From NCBI GenBank assembly GCA_044892525.1, contig CM097885.1, forward strand, positions 24,306,001 through 24,370,000: a stretch of DNA of 64,000 nt, written 5' to 3'. This DNA is from Schmidtea polychroa (taxonomy: Eukaryota). The notes beneath the pieces were generated by a model that was given only the letters and a program-made list of their open reading frames with translations, searched no databases and was not told where the DNA came from. Shown piece after piece: positions 40,501 through 54,795 of the stretch; position 1 is the first letter of the stretch, and every line of letters begins with the position of its first letter. Position numbers and translations under genes: made by a program.

Positions 40501-42614
40501 TATTTTCAACTAGTGGCCTCTCTTGGGAAATTTTTTAAATTATTCATAATTTTTTTTGTAATATCATAAATTATATTTGAAAGTGCAAATTTTATCAAAT
40601 TTATGGCTTTTATAAAATTTACGGCGCCCCGTGCTTAGCACAGTTAGCACAATGGGAGAGACGGCGCTGCCTTTAATAATAAATTTTGGGAAATCTTTTG
40701 AATATTTGAGAGTAATAATTATGAATAAAAATAAATATTTATACAATCGTAATATGGATTATTCGGGAACTTTCATTTTTAACCGCCTAATTTTAAGAAT
40801 ATACTTATTATTAAATAATGCGGTTAAAACATATTTAGGTGCTTATTTATTGCAATTTTTATTATTATTACTAAATTTGTGTTAAATAAATTTTAATGAT
40901 CTAAATGAATGCTGAATTGAAAACACAGGGGTTCGCAAAAGACAGATAAAAGTATCTAGAGCTGTTGAGTATTAATTATAATTCGGTAAGATAAAACTCA
41001 TAATCTGACATCATGTGGTTTTCATTAAATTATACAATAAATTTTATTTTTATTACAAATTGCTCGTTAATTTTCAAGCGTTTACAATTTATCCTTAGCT
41101 TAATCCAATAGCAAGTGTCCCGGTCGCCTATCAATATCGAGAATTACGTCCTTAATTTTATTTGCTTTTACCAATTAAGTACTTTTTATTTCTTAAATAA
41201 CTTTATCTAGTAACCTTCAGTGAATTTTATATTACTATATTCGTATTTGTCTCATTATTTTCAATTCGTTCATATCCGTTTTCCTACGAAAAATATTGAT
41301 TTTCTTCAATTTTTAATTAATTTTCCCACTTCCATTATTATTTTTTGAACTTTGTAAAATTGTACTTTTTTTTATTTTGTACACAGATTTCTGTGCATTT
41401 GGATTTTATTTTACACTAATTTAGACAACTCCAGCGAATTGAATGAAGGGAACAAAGGGGTATTCATTATCTTTTTAATGATATATACAATTTTTATATT
41501 GTTACGCTATTGTTACGCTTCTGTTAAACAAGGTTCCGGTTTATATTTTAATCATTGCGCTCCAACATCAAGTTAAATTATAAAATGATTCTTGCTCCAT
41601 AGGAGTGGAAATCCTTTTCCATAAACTGCAAACAAGATCCTTTTCTTTTGATCATTCAATTTATAGGAATTAAATAATGTTATTAAATTTCTTTCGCCTC
41701 TAATGACGTACATATGTCCAACATAAAGTTTTATAAGTTGCATGGTGGACAAATATGTCTCTCTTACATATTTCATAGGTAATATTTCCTTCTGCAACTG
41801 ATGAGACAAATATGTCACTTTTGAACATTTCAAAAACTTGGAAATTAAAATAGTAAAAAATCTATCTAATGCTTTATCTACAACATTTCATAAATGAGTA
41901 GATAATTAAAATATTTTAAAAAAAAATTTAAGGGAAATGGATGTTTATTTTTTTCCAACTTTTAAATATTAGAATTGGGCATCATGGACAAGTTTGAAAT
42001 AAATTGGTAATCCAACTTACATTATAAGCGATCTCCCGTTCTTGTTTATCAATGGAAGCCGACAAACTCGAGCTAGAAATTTGACCTTGGCAATAGTCAA
42101 ACGGAATTCCATTGGTTAACCACGGATTGGAGAATTCTCCGTTCTTTTCCAACACGTCAACGAATCCTTTATTGCTTTCCAGGACGCATTTCAGCATTTC
42201 AGAAATTGAGCTAGTACTTTCCTTATTAATTTAATAATGAAAACTAATTCATAATAATTATAAATTTACTTTGTTATCTTGAATTAAATTATTATTGGGG
42301 AAATTTACAGGGAAAATGAATGGGGAAATATCTTGATTAAAATATGGCAATTGGAATCCGTGTTTCCCGTTATCCATATCCGCATTTGACATTGCCGCTG
42401 CTACTGTTGCCGATGCCATGTTGTCTGAGTTTTCTGCATTTTCCAATTTCATTGTTTCAATTGGGTTCTGGTCCTGGGCAATCAGCTAAACAAGAGTAGG
42501 TGGGAATTTGATTTGATATTTTTAATAAAATTTGTTAAGTTTTACTTTAGAAATTGCATTTTTTCTTTTCAAATACTTGGCCACAGTTCTTCGACTTGCA
42601 GTCTTGGAATACAT
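34524..42614 (-). CDS. NOL4: NOL4/NOL4L-like protein, multi-exon
   Basis: Spliced sequence EREIAYN|LLLRRIIDEALDRNVIFSHQPKELLNLINTILVRQFPEYEESKHRSKVRSYLKACRR matches the NOL4 conserved helical domain (DENLDR..QPKE..RQFPEY..RTYLKSCRR). Exons approx. 42614-42546, 42486-42271, 42221-42021, 37955-37656, 35034-34692 and 34649-34524. The start codon is tentative. Confidence 0.8.
37161..37518. mobile_element. hAT-family MITE
   Basis: CAGGGATATTCAACT.../...AGTTGAAAACCCATG termini, GGCCCGCGGGCC subterminal motif, and 8-bp TSD TCCTAAAC (37153-37160, 37519-37526). Confidence 0.9.
38640..39560 (-). pseudogene. Mutator/MULE transposase remnant
   Basis: WFKDGMFKVVPTICLRVFTIHALIYESAVPLEYA resembles the MULE DGTFKVVP..LYTIHA..VP..YA motif. 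Fragmented. Confidence 0.72.
40431..40669. mobile_element. hAT-type MITE
   Basis: CAAAGGCGTC.../...GACGGCGCTG termini, GCGCCCC subterminal motifs, and 8-bp TSD CCTTTAAT (40423-40430, 40670-40677). Confidence 0.82.
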
Positions 42615-43740
42615 TGGGACATCGTTAATTGGGGTTTCATCGGGCTGAACGTAGGCAGTAAAATCATCATATGTCTCCTCCATTTTTATTGAAATATTTG
42701 ATTGTCAATATGAAGTCCCAGTACTACTATGGAAATGTATTAATATTTTATCAATATTGATAAAAGTATTTAAATTAGGGCATACAAGGACCATAGATCG
42801 CTTATTGATCTAATTATTAAATTAATCCCAGACCTTTTAGTAAAATGTTTATACAAAATCTTAAAATTTTATCTTACTAGATTGTAAATAATTTTATTTA
42901 ATTCAAACCTTTTACAAGTATAATCTTAGAATTACTTGTAAAAGGATGTGACGAAAATTCGTGCTAATTATAAAACAAAATATTGATCGATAGCATGAAA
43001 AGAAATGAAGGTAAACTGGTTAATAGTGAAATGTTAATAATTTCTAATGAGAATAAATTTTAATAGAATAAATGTTCGGAAGGATAGAATTGTCTGGAGG
43101 CATTGAAGAATAAATGAGGATTGTTTAAATTTTTGTAAAGTAGTTTCGTTATGAAATTCAACTTTAAATTATTCAATAAAAAGTTGAGATTCGAATATTT
43201 TATAAATGAATTATCCTTTTTACTTTTATCCGATATTTTATCTACCCGGTCCTTCCAATTTAATCTCTGATTTCATAAGTTCACATTTCAATACATTGAT
43301 AAATCAAACAACTTTTACTACAAACACATTAAGCGACAAGGAAAACTTTGAGGTGGCATGTAATGCCCTGAATGTGTCAAATGTCATTATTCTATAATAT
43401 TTTTTGACGAGTTCAAATTAGGCTATCAAACACCTTGTTGGGTTATTGTTTTATTTAAGTCGGTTTTCTCGGACTCTATAAGTCCTTTCCAAACCAATAA
43501 CTATAAAAAAACACAAAACAACCTCATTCAAATTTTACCACAGTTACAATTATTCTCTAGATTTGCGCCCTTCTTTCGTAGATATATGTTATCGCAAGGT
43601 AGGTTGCCAAAGGGGTGATTCTTATAAACATCCTCTGATATTACTTTCTTTGTATCTTCAAAATTTTCTTTTATACTGTTCTGAAAGGCGTTTATCCAAT
43701 ATTGGGAAAACGTTGTTTTAATTCTTTTTGGGATTATGGG

Positions 43741-44165
43741 CAGTGCTCGAAGTGGAACAAAATATGTGCCGGGATAGGCATGCTGTGACACCCGGGATTC
43801 CAGGCTTTTATGCAGAAATTTTCAGTTGGGGGTGTTGCAAAACTTTGGGGGGTGTCCAACAAATTTTGGGGGGGGGGGTGTCCACCCATTTAATCATAAG
43901 TTTCAGAATATACCTACCTATCCATTACTGCTGCTTGGGAAATTCTTAATTGAATAGAGAATAGAGAATAAAGAATATATATATATACATACATATATGG
44001 ATGTACTATGTATGACCTTAATTGCAGTATTTGTGTGATAATAAAATGAAATAAGTACCGGGATAAACCTATAGATTATATGAAATGAAGTGCCGGGATG
44101 CAATTCCGCCTACATAATCAATGCCGGGATAATATCCCGGCTATCCCGCCTCACTTCGAGCACTG
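43741..44165. mobile_element. hAT-type MITE
   Basis: TIR CAGTGCTCGAAGTG / CACTTCGAGCACTG, repeated CCGGGAT motifs, and 8-bp TSD ATTATGGG (43733-43740, 44166-44173). Confidence 0.93.
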
Positions 44166-44599
44166 ATTATGGGCATTTTTCTAACACATTGGTTAAGTGT
44201 TATTTTCAAACATCTGGGGGATTATTAGAATTCTACCAATTTCACTCTTAAACGGCGCTCGGTCTAGTATGCTTCAACTTCCTTCAAAGATTGTCTAATT
44301 AGTCGGGTCTCAGTGCGCTCCGGATCAATAAATTGATCAATAGTACCTAGCTGTTTGGTAACTAGTGGTTAGCTGTTTGTTAGAAGTACATAGTTGTTAG
44401 TATTTAGTTCACATTTTAGATTTTGACAAGAATATAAGAAATATTCTACTTGCTGAATTAAGAAGAGCTTATTATAAGCAAAAATACTTGATGAATAAAT
44501 TGTATTAAGTCTTTAATTGTTATTATTTTATGTGTAGGTATGTGGTTGTTAGTACTTGGTTGTTAGAAGTACATGGTACTTGGTATCTAGTTTTAAATA

Positions 44600-45121
44600 G
44601 TTGGTAGTTGGTTGTAAGTATTTCGTAAGTATAGACACAGTTTGAAAAATACTTTAATTCAAATTTTAAGATTGAAAAAGACGATATGATTCCTAACCCA
44701 TATTCCATTGATATGATTAATGTAAATCATTTACCATAAGAAGCTCAAGAAGAGTTTGCTGAGCTATCGAGCCTTACAGGATTAAAACTCGTGTTCTCTA
44801 AAAAATTACTAAATGAATTTATGTTGGAGATTAGAACATAATTCCCCATACTTTCTGAATTGACTATTAATATAATTTTACCATTTTGTATCGCGTATAT
44901 TTATGCGAAGTGTCATTTTCAACTTTAACATACATAGAAGCTAAATACCGTTCAACTCTGAAAAACGTTGAAGATGCTTTACATACTGCAATATCAAATA
45001 TTGTTCCAGAATTTAAAGTTTTTGCAAAAATAAACAAGCATGCCAGGGTCTTACTTAGGGTCACCAGAATATTTGCTAGGGTTAATGGGGTCGCCAAGTA
45101 AAATAAGTTTGAGAAACTTTG
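44600..45121 (+). mobile_element. hAT (Buster-like) transposase C-terminal remnant and right end
   Basis: ILPF..YLCEVSFSTLTYIEAKYRSTLKNVEDAL..AISNIVPEF (hAT dimerisation domain), followed by a GGGTCGCC...GTTTGAGAAACTTTG terminus. Confidence 0.78.
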
Positions 45122-45282
45122 CATTACATCAAACACCACTGAGATACCATTTCTATAGTGGTGGTTAGTGTGTAAAACATTAAATTGACTCTTGAAATTA
45201 ATTTCAGCCAATTTCGAAATGGCTTTCAAGTAAGATGTTTAATTTTAAGAAAATTTTAATACTTGAATTTTGATCCATATAG

Positions 45283-46207
45283 CAGCGCTTCTCAACCTTT
45301 CTGTTATTGCGACACAGATTACCAACGTAAATATTCTCCCACCCCCAGACTTTTTTGATCTATCGAAAATTAGTGTCATAATGAGAAGTTAAATGTCTTG
45401 AATCTTCAACTTCAAGGAACAATAACATATAATTTGGAAACAAATGATAAAGTCAATGCTTTTTGTAGGAAATTGGATTTGTGGCTTAAAATTTAAAAGA
45501 AAAGAAATTGGAAATGTTTCCGGATATAACTGAATTTGCAAAGACATACAAAACCGAAGAAGTACGTATAAACGTGACTTTATTAACTATAAACAAACAT
45601 CTAAGCATGCTAGCAAAAAATTTTAAAAAATACTTTTGCTGAAGAAAAATTTCTAGCAAGTTACGAGTGGGTTAGGGACCCATTTCACAATGTTCCACAA
45701 GGTCTCTCGACTTCTGAAGAGGAAACTTTTATAGATTTTACAACAAACAGTGAAATCAAAAGACAATTTAATAAGAAATCGATTTTTGAATTTTGGGCTG
45801 ATTTGGACGACGAGTTTGCGACATTAAAACGAAGAGCTTAGCAAATACTTTTACCGTTTTCAACATCTTATCTTTGCGAAACCGGATTTTCTGCGGTGGG
45901 TTCGTTGAAAACAAAATACAGATCACAGCTAAATATAGAAAAAGAACTTAGGGTATCCATATCTGGTATTACTCCTTCATTTCAAAAACTTTGCAATTAG
46001 AAACAGGAAGTCATTAATTAATAACATAACATATTTAACTGGTATTTATTTCATAGTAATAAACTTAAATAATAAATTATTTATATGTAATTATAAACTG
46101 TATTCTTATTTTAAATATAAATTAAACAATTTCTTTTATTTAACCTTCAACAAAGTTTTAATTTTGTTTTTAAATATACTCGCGCACCACACATGTTAAG
46201 AATCGCT
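45283..46207 (+). mobile_element. Non-autonomous Buster-type hAT deletion derivative
   Basis: CAGCGCTTCTCAAC / GTTAAGAATCGCT termini and 8-bp TSD CCATATAG. Internal LLPFSTSYLCETGFSAVGSLKTKYRSQLNIEKELRVSIS. Confidence 0.9.
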
Positions 46208-46865
46208 CCATATAGATATGATTAATAAATATTACTTTGTGTTATATTATAAATTATTTTTATTTAATTTACAGGTTTTTAATGAATTTTATTTTTTAAT
46301 TATAATTTTGGAATTAAATCAATCGCCAGAAATGTATTTTTTCTAAAATATTTCTAAAACAAATATCAGAAATTTTAATGAATATTTCACTTAATTTTAA
46401 CATTTTAATGACAATTTAACGTAGTCTCTTCACAAATAAATTTTCAGCGATCATTTACTTTCTAAAAATTGTCTAAAATAGTTATTATAGAAATATATTT
46501 CAGCAGTGCATTTCTAGGAATCAAAAGCATGATCGATGTTTGTGTATAGTATTTAATTTTTCTTGCATTTTTTAGATTTCTATCGTGTAAGATGTCTCAC
46601 TACATTATCAATGAGAATATCAACGTCAAATTAATTATGTATGTTTATAATGTAAGTTTATTGATTATTTTCTTTACTATAGGAAACGTATCTCAGCAGT
46701 GTTTTGTGTATATGATTATCAATTGCCAATTGGTATAAACACACATACACACACACAAAAACAGTAAAAGATGACCAAAGAAAAATCAATAAAGCTGACA
46801 AATTAATTGTATTTCAAACGACGTATATATGCAAATTCCAAGCATAATCGAACAGGAATATCGAC

Positions 46866-49800
46866 CTAATTGCTGTTCTTATCATCCTCTGGACGCTTCT
46901 TCCGATTGAAGTTCTGTTCAACAGACGCAAATCGATCGTTTGGAAAATTGAAACTCTCCTCAACCAATCTGTTTCTCACGTGATCTGAGACTAGTTCCTG
47001 GAAGGAATTGGTGAGACTCGATGGGAACTGCTGGGTATCGAGCGAATCATTGGAAACGACACCGGCCGACCGAATAGCATGATCGATGCAATCGTGCATC
47101 AGCTCGGGCACTGGTTGAATCGATCGATGTCGTTGATTGAGAATTATTTTCCTTCGTTTAGGAGGCATTCCCGATACGTATGCGTCACTATATGGGATTC
47201 CTATTGTTTGCTGGTCAACTGGGACATTCGAGTCACGAGATACTATATCTATCCAATCCGGTGGAAGGACTGATTGCCAAGAGTTGCCATTTGGTGTGTG
47301 ACTCGCAGCATCCTGTTGGTAAGAACAGACATCCATAAATTCCGCTACGACACCATCGAGAGGATTGGTAACATCTGTTATTGAGTTAGACTTGATAATG
47401 CTACCAGCCAATGAATCAACCATCTAAAATCAGTTATCCTTATAATATTTCAAAAGAATATGATAACAAAAAATCAATTTACCGCTTCCATTACAAATAT
47501 GGGGAAAAGAATTAATTATTATTAATATTATTTATCAATTTCATAATGCAATCAATTACAAAAATAATATTAATATATAAATCGATTCCTGAATTATTAT
47601 TAAATAGATAAATTAGTTCATTTATTTTCATTGTGAGTATATATGAGTATACGTAACATAGATGGTAGATAGTAGGTAAGCTATTATGTAGTTCATTTTC
47701 GGGCCCATAAATTCTAATATAATAAATAATCTCACATCTTCTAGCGAATCAACATTCGTCATTATCTGATCGCTATTATCGGCAATTTGACTATTGTTTC
47801 CAGGAGCTTTCAATGAGCTTTCACCCGATTCCAAATTCAAGAACACAACATAGGCAGACAAAACCGTTTCTCTAAGCTCGGAAAGCTGCTCGGGTCGTCT
47901 AAACAATCGGGAATTCCCATTCTCAAAAAGCCAATCTAATCCAAACGTATTTCGACTCTGATTGATAAATTGTGATAGATAATCATTTGAATCGTCTGGA
48001 AATATATTCAATAATGAATGATCGGATCTGATGCATAGATCAAATGATATTGAATACCGCAATGGCGGGAGAAGCAAATCATTTAATTATACATGATAAA
48101 TATTCATTAATTTAATGAAAATTTATTGAATGAGATAAATTATTATTATTATTTTTAATATTATTTTTTTATTTATATTTTATTATTATTTTATAATTAA
48201 AATTAATATTATTTAATTTTAACTTTAATTTTATTTTTTTAATTTCATTAATTTTACCATTATTTTTATTATTATTTATCATTATATTATAATTAATATT
48301 AAAATTATTTATTATTATTTTGTAATATTAATTTTACTATTATTTTTTTCATTTATATTTTAATAATATTTATTAATATTAATTTTACTATTGTGTTTTT
48401 TATTATTTTTTATTTATCATTATTTTATAATTAACATTAATATTATTTCATTTATTATTTATAAATATTAATTATACAATTATTATTTTATTTATTTCAT
48501 TAATTTTAGTATTATTTTTATTATTTTATTATTTTTTATTTATATTTTAATAATATTAATTTTACAATTATTATTATTTATCATTATTTTATAATTAATA
48601 TTATTTATTATTATTTTATTTTTTATTTATTAATTATTATTGTTATTTATTGATATTAATTTTACCTTTATTTTTATTATTATTTTACTTATACTTTATT
48701 ATTATTGAATAAATTATAATAATGAAATTAAAAATAATTATTATAATATAATAATAAATGCTCACCAGTTGATGACATGAGCGAATCAATAAACGCTCGG
48801 ACCATATATTGCCGTAGCTCGTCATTATCATTGCAAATTATATCTAATAATGCCAAAGTCTCGTTGTGATGGGAAAACATGCTGTTCATTAGTAACTGAC
48901 CGAAACCAATATCAGTTGGGCTCCTAAGGATCATGTCGACAACAACTCGTGCGTGGTGCTACAACAACAATCAATTAGACCATATAATATAATATAAGCA
49001 GTACTCGGTTGAGATTATTTATCGTTTGGTGTATATCGATATTTTCATTGAAATTCCCTCTAGCATCCTCGCTCAGACCATCGACTTGTTCATCGGTTCT
49101 CAATCTGTCAAATATCGTCATGTAGACCCGGTTGAAGGATTCCAAATCCATGACAACATTATCCAGCATCCGCTCTCTCGATCCGTTACATTGTAACTGG
49201 TGTGCCATCAGCAAATCCTGCAATGGAATCCTCAACACATTCAATGGGTGGTAGACTCCATGAATGATTTGAGTGATATCGATCATGGTCAACCGGTTGA
49301 CAACCAACTGAATGATCTGATTGGTAATATTGTTCACGGTGTCATTGTCGTGGTTACTGAATATATCTATTCGGTGATAAACAGATGTTGATATTTGGTC
49401 TGAATGGTTATTGTCAATATTACCTGGAAACAACTGACCGAGAGGCATGTCAAGATTGATTGTCCCAGTACTGGTAAACGATTGTAACAATCTTGTTAGG
49501 TCGTTTTGAGGAAGCGAAGGAATAATAATAGGAGGATTGGTAGCAGCAGATCGTGACGAAGTTTGAGAGGAGGCTAAATAGGGAGAAAATAAATGAAATT
49601 AACTCGATAAATTATAAAAAAGGAGTGAAATTGGGGAGAGTCAAATTTCTTTGGATAAATGGCAAAATCATATTTATACCAGTCGGATTTACAGTAATAT
49701 CTCATTCTCGTTATCAACCGATTGGCTGCAGTTATTACCATTTATATTAAATTGGGGTAGTGGAGCATAGGATATAAGGTAACATTGGGCCAGTGGAGCA

Positions 49801-52500
49801 TATGATATAAGGTAACATTGGGCCAGTGGAGCATATGATATAAGGTAACTTTGGGCCTGTGGAGCATATGATATAAGGTAACATTGGGCCAGTGGAGCAT
49901 ATGATATAAGGTAACATTGGGCTAGTGGAGCATATGATATAAGATAACATTGGGGTAGTGGAGCATATGATATAAGGTAACATTGGACAAGTAGCGTGCA
50001 CGAAATCGGGAATTTTTCTCAATCAGATTATCAGAGACTAAATACCTGTCATAAAACCTTATTAATTTTCCAATGGCAAATGCAAAAATAGGCCTCTGAG
50101 AGCAGGCGTAGCAGGTATGCAATGCGACAAAATATGCTCATTAGAACCGGTTAGGTTTGAATAATTATATGTAAAAGTCAATTTTGCAAGGCCATATTGG
50201 TAAATGAAAAGGTCGGACAGAATATACTTGCTGTCCCGTAACCAGGTCGCCCTATTCCCACCAAATAAAACAATATGAATCATTCTAAGTCAGAGTTGCT
50301 AATAGAATATATGAAATCACATTGTATTATCCGCATGAAATGTATATATGGGAATATACATAAACCACATGGGAAAATCAATAAATATTTCCAATCAGCA
50401 TTAATTCCATGGATATGAAATTTATTTACTGCAATATAATATAAAAAGTCACCGTTATCATTGGTGGTGCTAGGAGTGGCTTGCATCGTGTCTCCGGATG
50501 ATGAGAATATTGAATTGATCAATCCGCCAATGAATGTGCGGACCGGATCGCCTTCCCTGGCATCGGTCACATTAGTGGTCGTGTTAGCAGTTGTAGATGG
50601 TGCCGTGGTGGTGGTAGTCACCACTGGTGACTCAGTGGGGCGCGGGCGACTCCTAGAGCTATCTCTAAACTATATCAATCGATAATTAAATGAATCCATT
50701 ATCAATTGTCTCACCCGAATGCCACCAAATGTCGATATAACCGCTCCAGTCCTGAGATTCGAAGGATTCTGGAAATGTCTCGATTGGCACCTGACATATG
50801 GATCGACATTCTCAATCAATGGCGATCCATTTCTGATAGTCGTGCGAGGATTTGCGCCATTGATCCGTGCCGCCCCACTCGATTGGCCAGGCATAGAGTT
50901 AGTTGCGGTTGAATGGACAAATGAGTCATGCAATGTTGACCGAAACAGATTCTCCATGGTAGCCTGTCCAGGGAATTGTGGCGGTACCGCTTGACGACGA
51001 ATTCGAGCAGTTCCGGCCGGTGTTTCGGTGGTCGGGGTTGGCTGACTCGGCACGGTGCTCGTGGTGACTGGGTCTGAAGCCGGTTGGGATGCACGCCTAC
51101 AACAGAATCAATAATATGTAACATGCCAGCAAGGTTACCCACTCAGTAGTTCTCGTTGCAAACACATGCGTCTGACCACTCGTAACTGGCATCTGAATAG
51201 TCGAATCGACATCCAATCTCACTTGAAACAATTGGGCTGGCATTTCCGAGAAAACGTACAGATATCGACTGCGATCATTACTGTCAAGATTTGTGTCAGA
51301 TGTATTATTAGCGGTTGAAGCATTGCCCTCGGTCGATCCTTCTGATTGAGGTAACCCGCTTTCGCCGAATGCTCCAGTTAATGGAGTGATGTTTTCATCG
51401 ATTGAGGTGCTTGTAGCAGCTTCATTTGTTGGTGTGGCGGTCTCGTTGGCATTTCTATGAACTGGCATTACTCTCGTGTTTGCATTGTATTGGAATTCCA
51501 CCAAATAATCACTCATTATGTGCAACATGTGAGAGAAAAGATGTATATATCGACTAGCTGAATCATGCATCCGTTGCATTTCCCGATCATAATTTGCTAT
51601 ACTGTCCGGCAGATTTTGTCGTCGCAATACATTTTCCCATAATTCCAATTGCGGTTCTGCATCTCGCCACATATCTCGGACGCTATGTACCATGTCGGCT
51701 AAATTATGGATTGGCAAAGGCTGAGCCGACACTTCAGTTATTCTTTCTTCATTTACCCCTAAATCATATGCATTTGCTTGATATAGTCTCTCCCGATCTG
51801 GGCGAGGCGCCGGTAAACTTGGATCTCTAAGATTATCAAGCAATTCTCTGGCTTGTGACATTAGTCTGTGGATATAATTCTGACGCAATCTTGCAAGACT
51901 TAATCTATTAGAACTTGGCATATTTACAGTAATATCTACTCTATTGCCTTCATTATTAACAGAAACCCTGATAAATAACTTAATAATAATAAAAAAATAC
52001 AATCAACAGTTACCCCATAGGATTACTTAATTCGGCAATGTTACCAAAAACATCACTCAGAATATTTCTAATTTGGTCTCGATTAATATCAGAATTTTCT
52101 TCTCTTTCAGTAGTAGTTGTATCTGGAGCTGGTCTATTTTGATTTGGCGGAGGTCTTGTTACCAAATGCATCACATTTCCAGCGACATCTATTTCAATCA
52201 AAAAGTGACATTTAAATCAAAATTTACTATATGAGGACAAAAGGTTATCGTCTTGCAACACGCGACCCTGGAACAACAATCTCTGTCTCTCAACAGCAAT
52301 ATCCTGTAGGTATTTTTAATTAAAATAAAAATTTCTTAAAAACTACCATTTTATGATGAATAATGGCTTTAAATTGCAGAACATTAATCTAAAAATATAT
52401 TACTTAGATAGTACTTTAAACTAATTTTTACATTATCTGGAACAGAAAAATCATGATTCCTTCCATCCAGAGTCTTCACTATCACATTTATCGTACTCAT
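46866..52500 (-). CDS. BAG6: BAG6/Scythe (large proline-rich protein BAT3) homolog, multi-exon
   Basis: N-terminal UBL domain (MSTINVIVKTLDGRNHDFSV..., IAVERQRLLFQGRVLQDD..., MHLVTRPPP); HLFSHMLHIMSD; DPYVRCQSRHF; C-terminal VLPPDWIDIVSRD...PYSDAYVSGMPPKRRK and DRFASVEQNF. Confidence 0.92.
49751..49988. repeat. 33-bp minisatellite (~7 copies) in a BAG6 intron
   Basis: Unit AACATTGGGCCAGTGGAGCATATGATATAAGGT. Confidence 0.95.
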
Positions 52501-54644
52501 TAAAATTGAAAAAAACAATAATATTAATCAAATATTGAAGTTTTTAACTAATTAGTAATTTTTATGGGTTAGTTAAACAAAATCCCACATTAATTAAAAT
52601 TATTCTCAATATTTTATCATATGATTTTTTGTATTAAGAATAACTTAGACAATTTATAAAACATATTCCAACTATTAGTTACTTAAAATTATAATTTAAT
52701 TATATTTCCTTATTTTCACATACTATTTTATCAATTCCTAAAATATTGATATTTACAGCATTTCATTTATTTTCAAAATAGATTGTAGATAAAATCTTGT
52801 GTTACACAGAGCCAAAACATTTTTGATCTCTGGTCATAATGAAATGCTTAAAGAAAACAAAACAGTTCAACGATGGACAAAAAATAAAGGAATTTAATAG
52901 TAAATAACAGCACCTTATTTCATTTAAATTTATTCATATGTAAGTAGCTGAAATAAATATCATGAAATAAATACATGGTCATAGTGGGTAATTTAATCTT
53001 TATAATTTGAAATTTTAGGTTTAATTTCCAATGAAGACGAAATGTGTTTGTATCATAACGAATTCATAATTTCAATTAAATATTAGAATTAATTACTTTA
53101 ATTTATATTGAAGGCAGTATCCAAGTTGTTTGAATATTCATTGAGAATTAACAGTTTTTATAATTCAATTTAATAAACATTAGACTTGTTAAATTGTTGT
53201 TATTAGTTGGTTATTACCGAACTTTGAACTCTTAATAAGTTTAGGCTTATGATAATTTAAGTTTAATTTTTATTGTAATTTCCGTTATTCAAAAAATCCA
53301 TCACATTCATTTAGGAAAACGTCCATCAGTCTGATATCATCGCCATGGTCGCGTTCAATATGATACAATAGAATAGCCAGCTCAGCCTCAAAATTTATAT
53401 TTTAAAATTAAGTTTCAATAATATTTACTTTTGATTTTCTTTTTACTTCTCATATTTCTGCCTGTGTATTGATTCTATGTACGCACCTTCATTTTGGTAA
53501 TTAGAAATTATTTCCTTGACTTTCGCATGTATTTGAGAAGATTACCGAAAAATCTTTGTAATCACAAAACATTCATTTATACCAACAGATGGGTCTCGTG
53601 GAGCTTTTGACTGTTAGTGGGTTACAAAAAAACGTTAAGTACACCCTTCTAATGTATCCAGTACAACTTCTAAATAAAAACATTTGATGTCAGTTGTATA
53701 AACAACTGTTAAATGCCAGATAAAAAGTGGGCGAGCTTATGGTGAATCATGATTGCCCTGAATCCTCATGGGTTCACGAATTTTCGTTTGAATTATGGTC
53801 CCTATTCGTGAAAACTATTGTTATAAATTTTACGAAATCCAATCACTGACAAAAACAATACATAATTTACAATCAAATTGATGCCAGAAATGGGATTTTT
53901 ATTGGATTTATCGTCGAAGGAATTGAAGAAATCGAATGATAAAATATATATTAATTGAAGAGCAATTAAAGCGATTTCGCAGTTGACTTGCTTACCAAAA
54001 TAATGTATTGTCATATTAACATCAAGTATTTGGAAAAGATTTATTCATTACAGCTTTACCTAAGTAAAAAAATCAGGCTCCTAAAAACTAAAATGATCTC
54101 AACTCTTCTGAAAATATTTTAAAAGTTACCCTTGGTTTTAATTAGGCAATTAAGGCTGAACAAAATAGAAAAGCATTCCGGACATTGAGTTTTTGTAGCT
54201 TCAATACATATGACAAATAGGCGATATCTTGCTCAGTTGAATTAATTAATTCATTAATTTTGTGAAATATTCGGATAACAAGGTTAACTTCCATAGGATT
54301 CTTCGTGTTAGAATAAAGATATTTTTACGACAATGTTTTGCTTACCAGAATCATTTAATAATGATAAAGACACAAAAATGATATTTTAGATTCGTATTTG
54401 AACGTCAAAGTTAGTTGATATTTCTACAAATATTAATCCTCAATTACATATTGTTGAAATTGAACAAAATGAAATTTATAATAATGAAACTAAACTGTAC
54501 TTTATTGTTGACGCTTACGGGGTGTGTCATCTAAATGTTCTAGGGTTGCTTATCGCTCTGGCATCTACTCTTCTCTAATCGCTTTCATGATTTTTTTACT
54601 TTTGACAATCTGTGTTCCCATGTTAAAAACTATGTTGTTAATGT

Positions 54645-54795
54645 GCACAATGAGCAAGTGAGCTGTAATAGTAGAATTACTCTTTGCCTTTTCATTTTCG
54701 GGTTCAGGACTTCCGGATAGAGGTCTTACGTCACTTTTGATTATCTATCCATTTCTTAGATTACTGTTCCACCTTGATCAATTAAGTATGGTCCT
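54645..54795 (-). ncRNA. Candidate structured RNA module, copy D (partial)
   Basis: Sense reads GACGTAAGACCTCTATCCGGAAGTCCTGAACCCG, then a long stem (AATGA/TCATT, GCAA/TTGC, GTAAT/ATTAC) containing the conserved GCTCAC. Confidence 0.5.

Noticed and set aside
49747..50022. 91-aa repeat protein (PMLPYIICSTG)n or CRISPR-like array
   Set aside because: A pure 33-bp head-to-tail minisatellite with no unique spacers, inside a BAG6 intron.
53250..54450. Possible decayed transposase/zinc-finger ORF upstream of BAG6 (QCPECF on the minus strand)
   Set aside because: Multiple stops and no second diagnostic motif.
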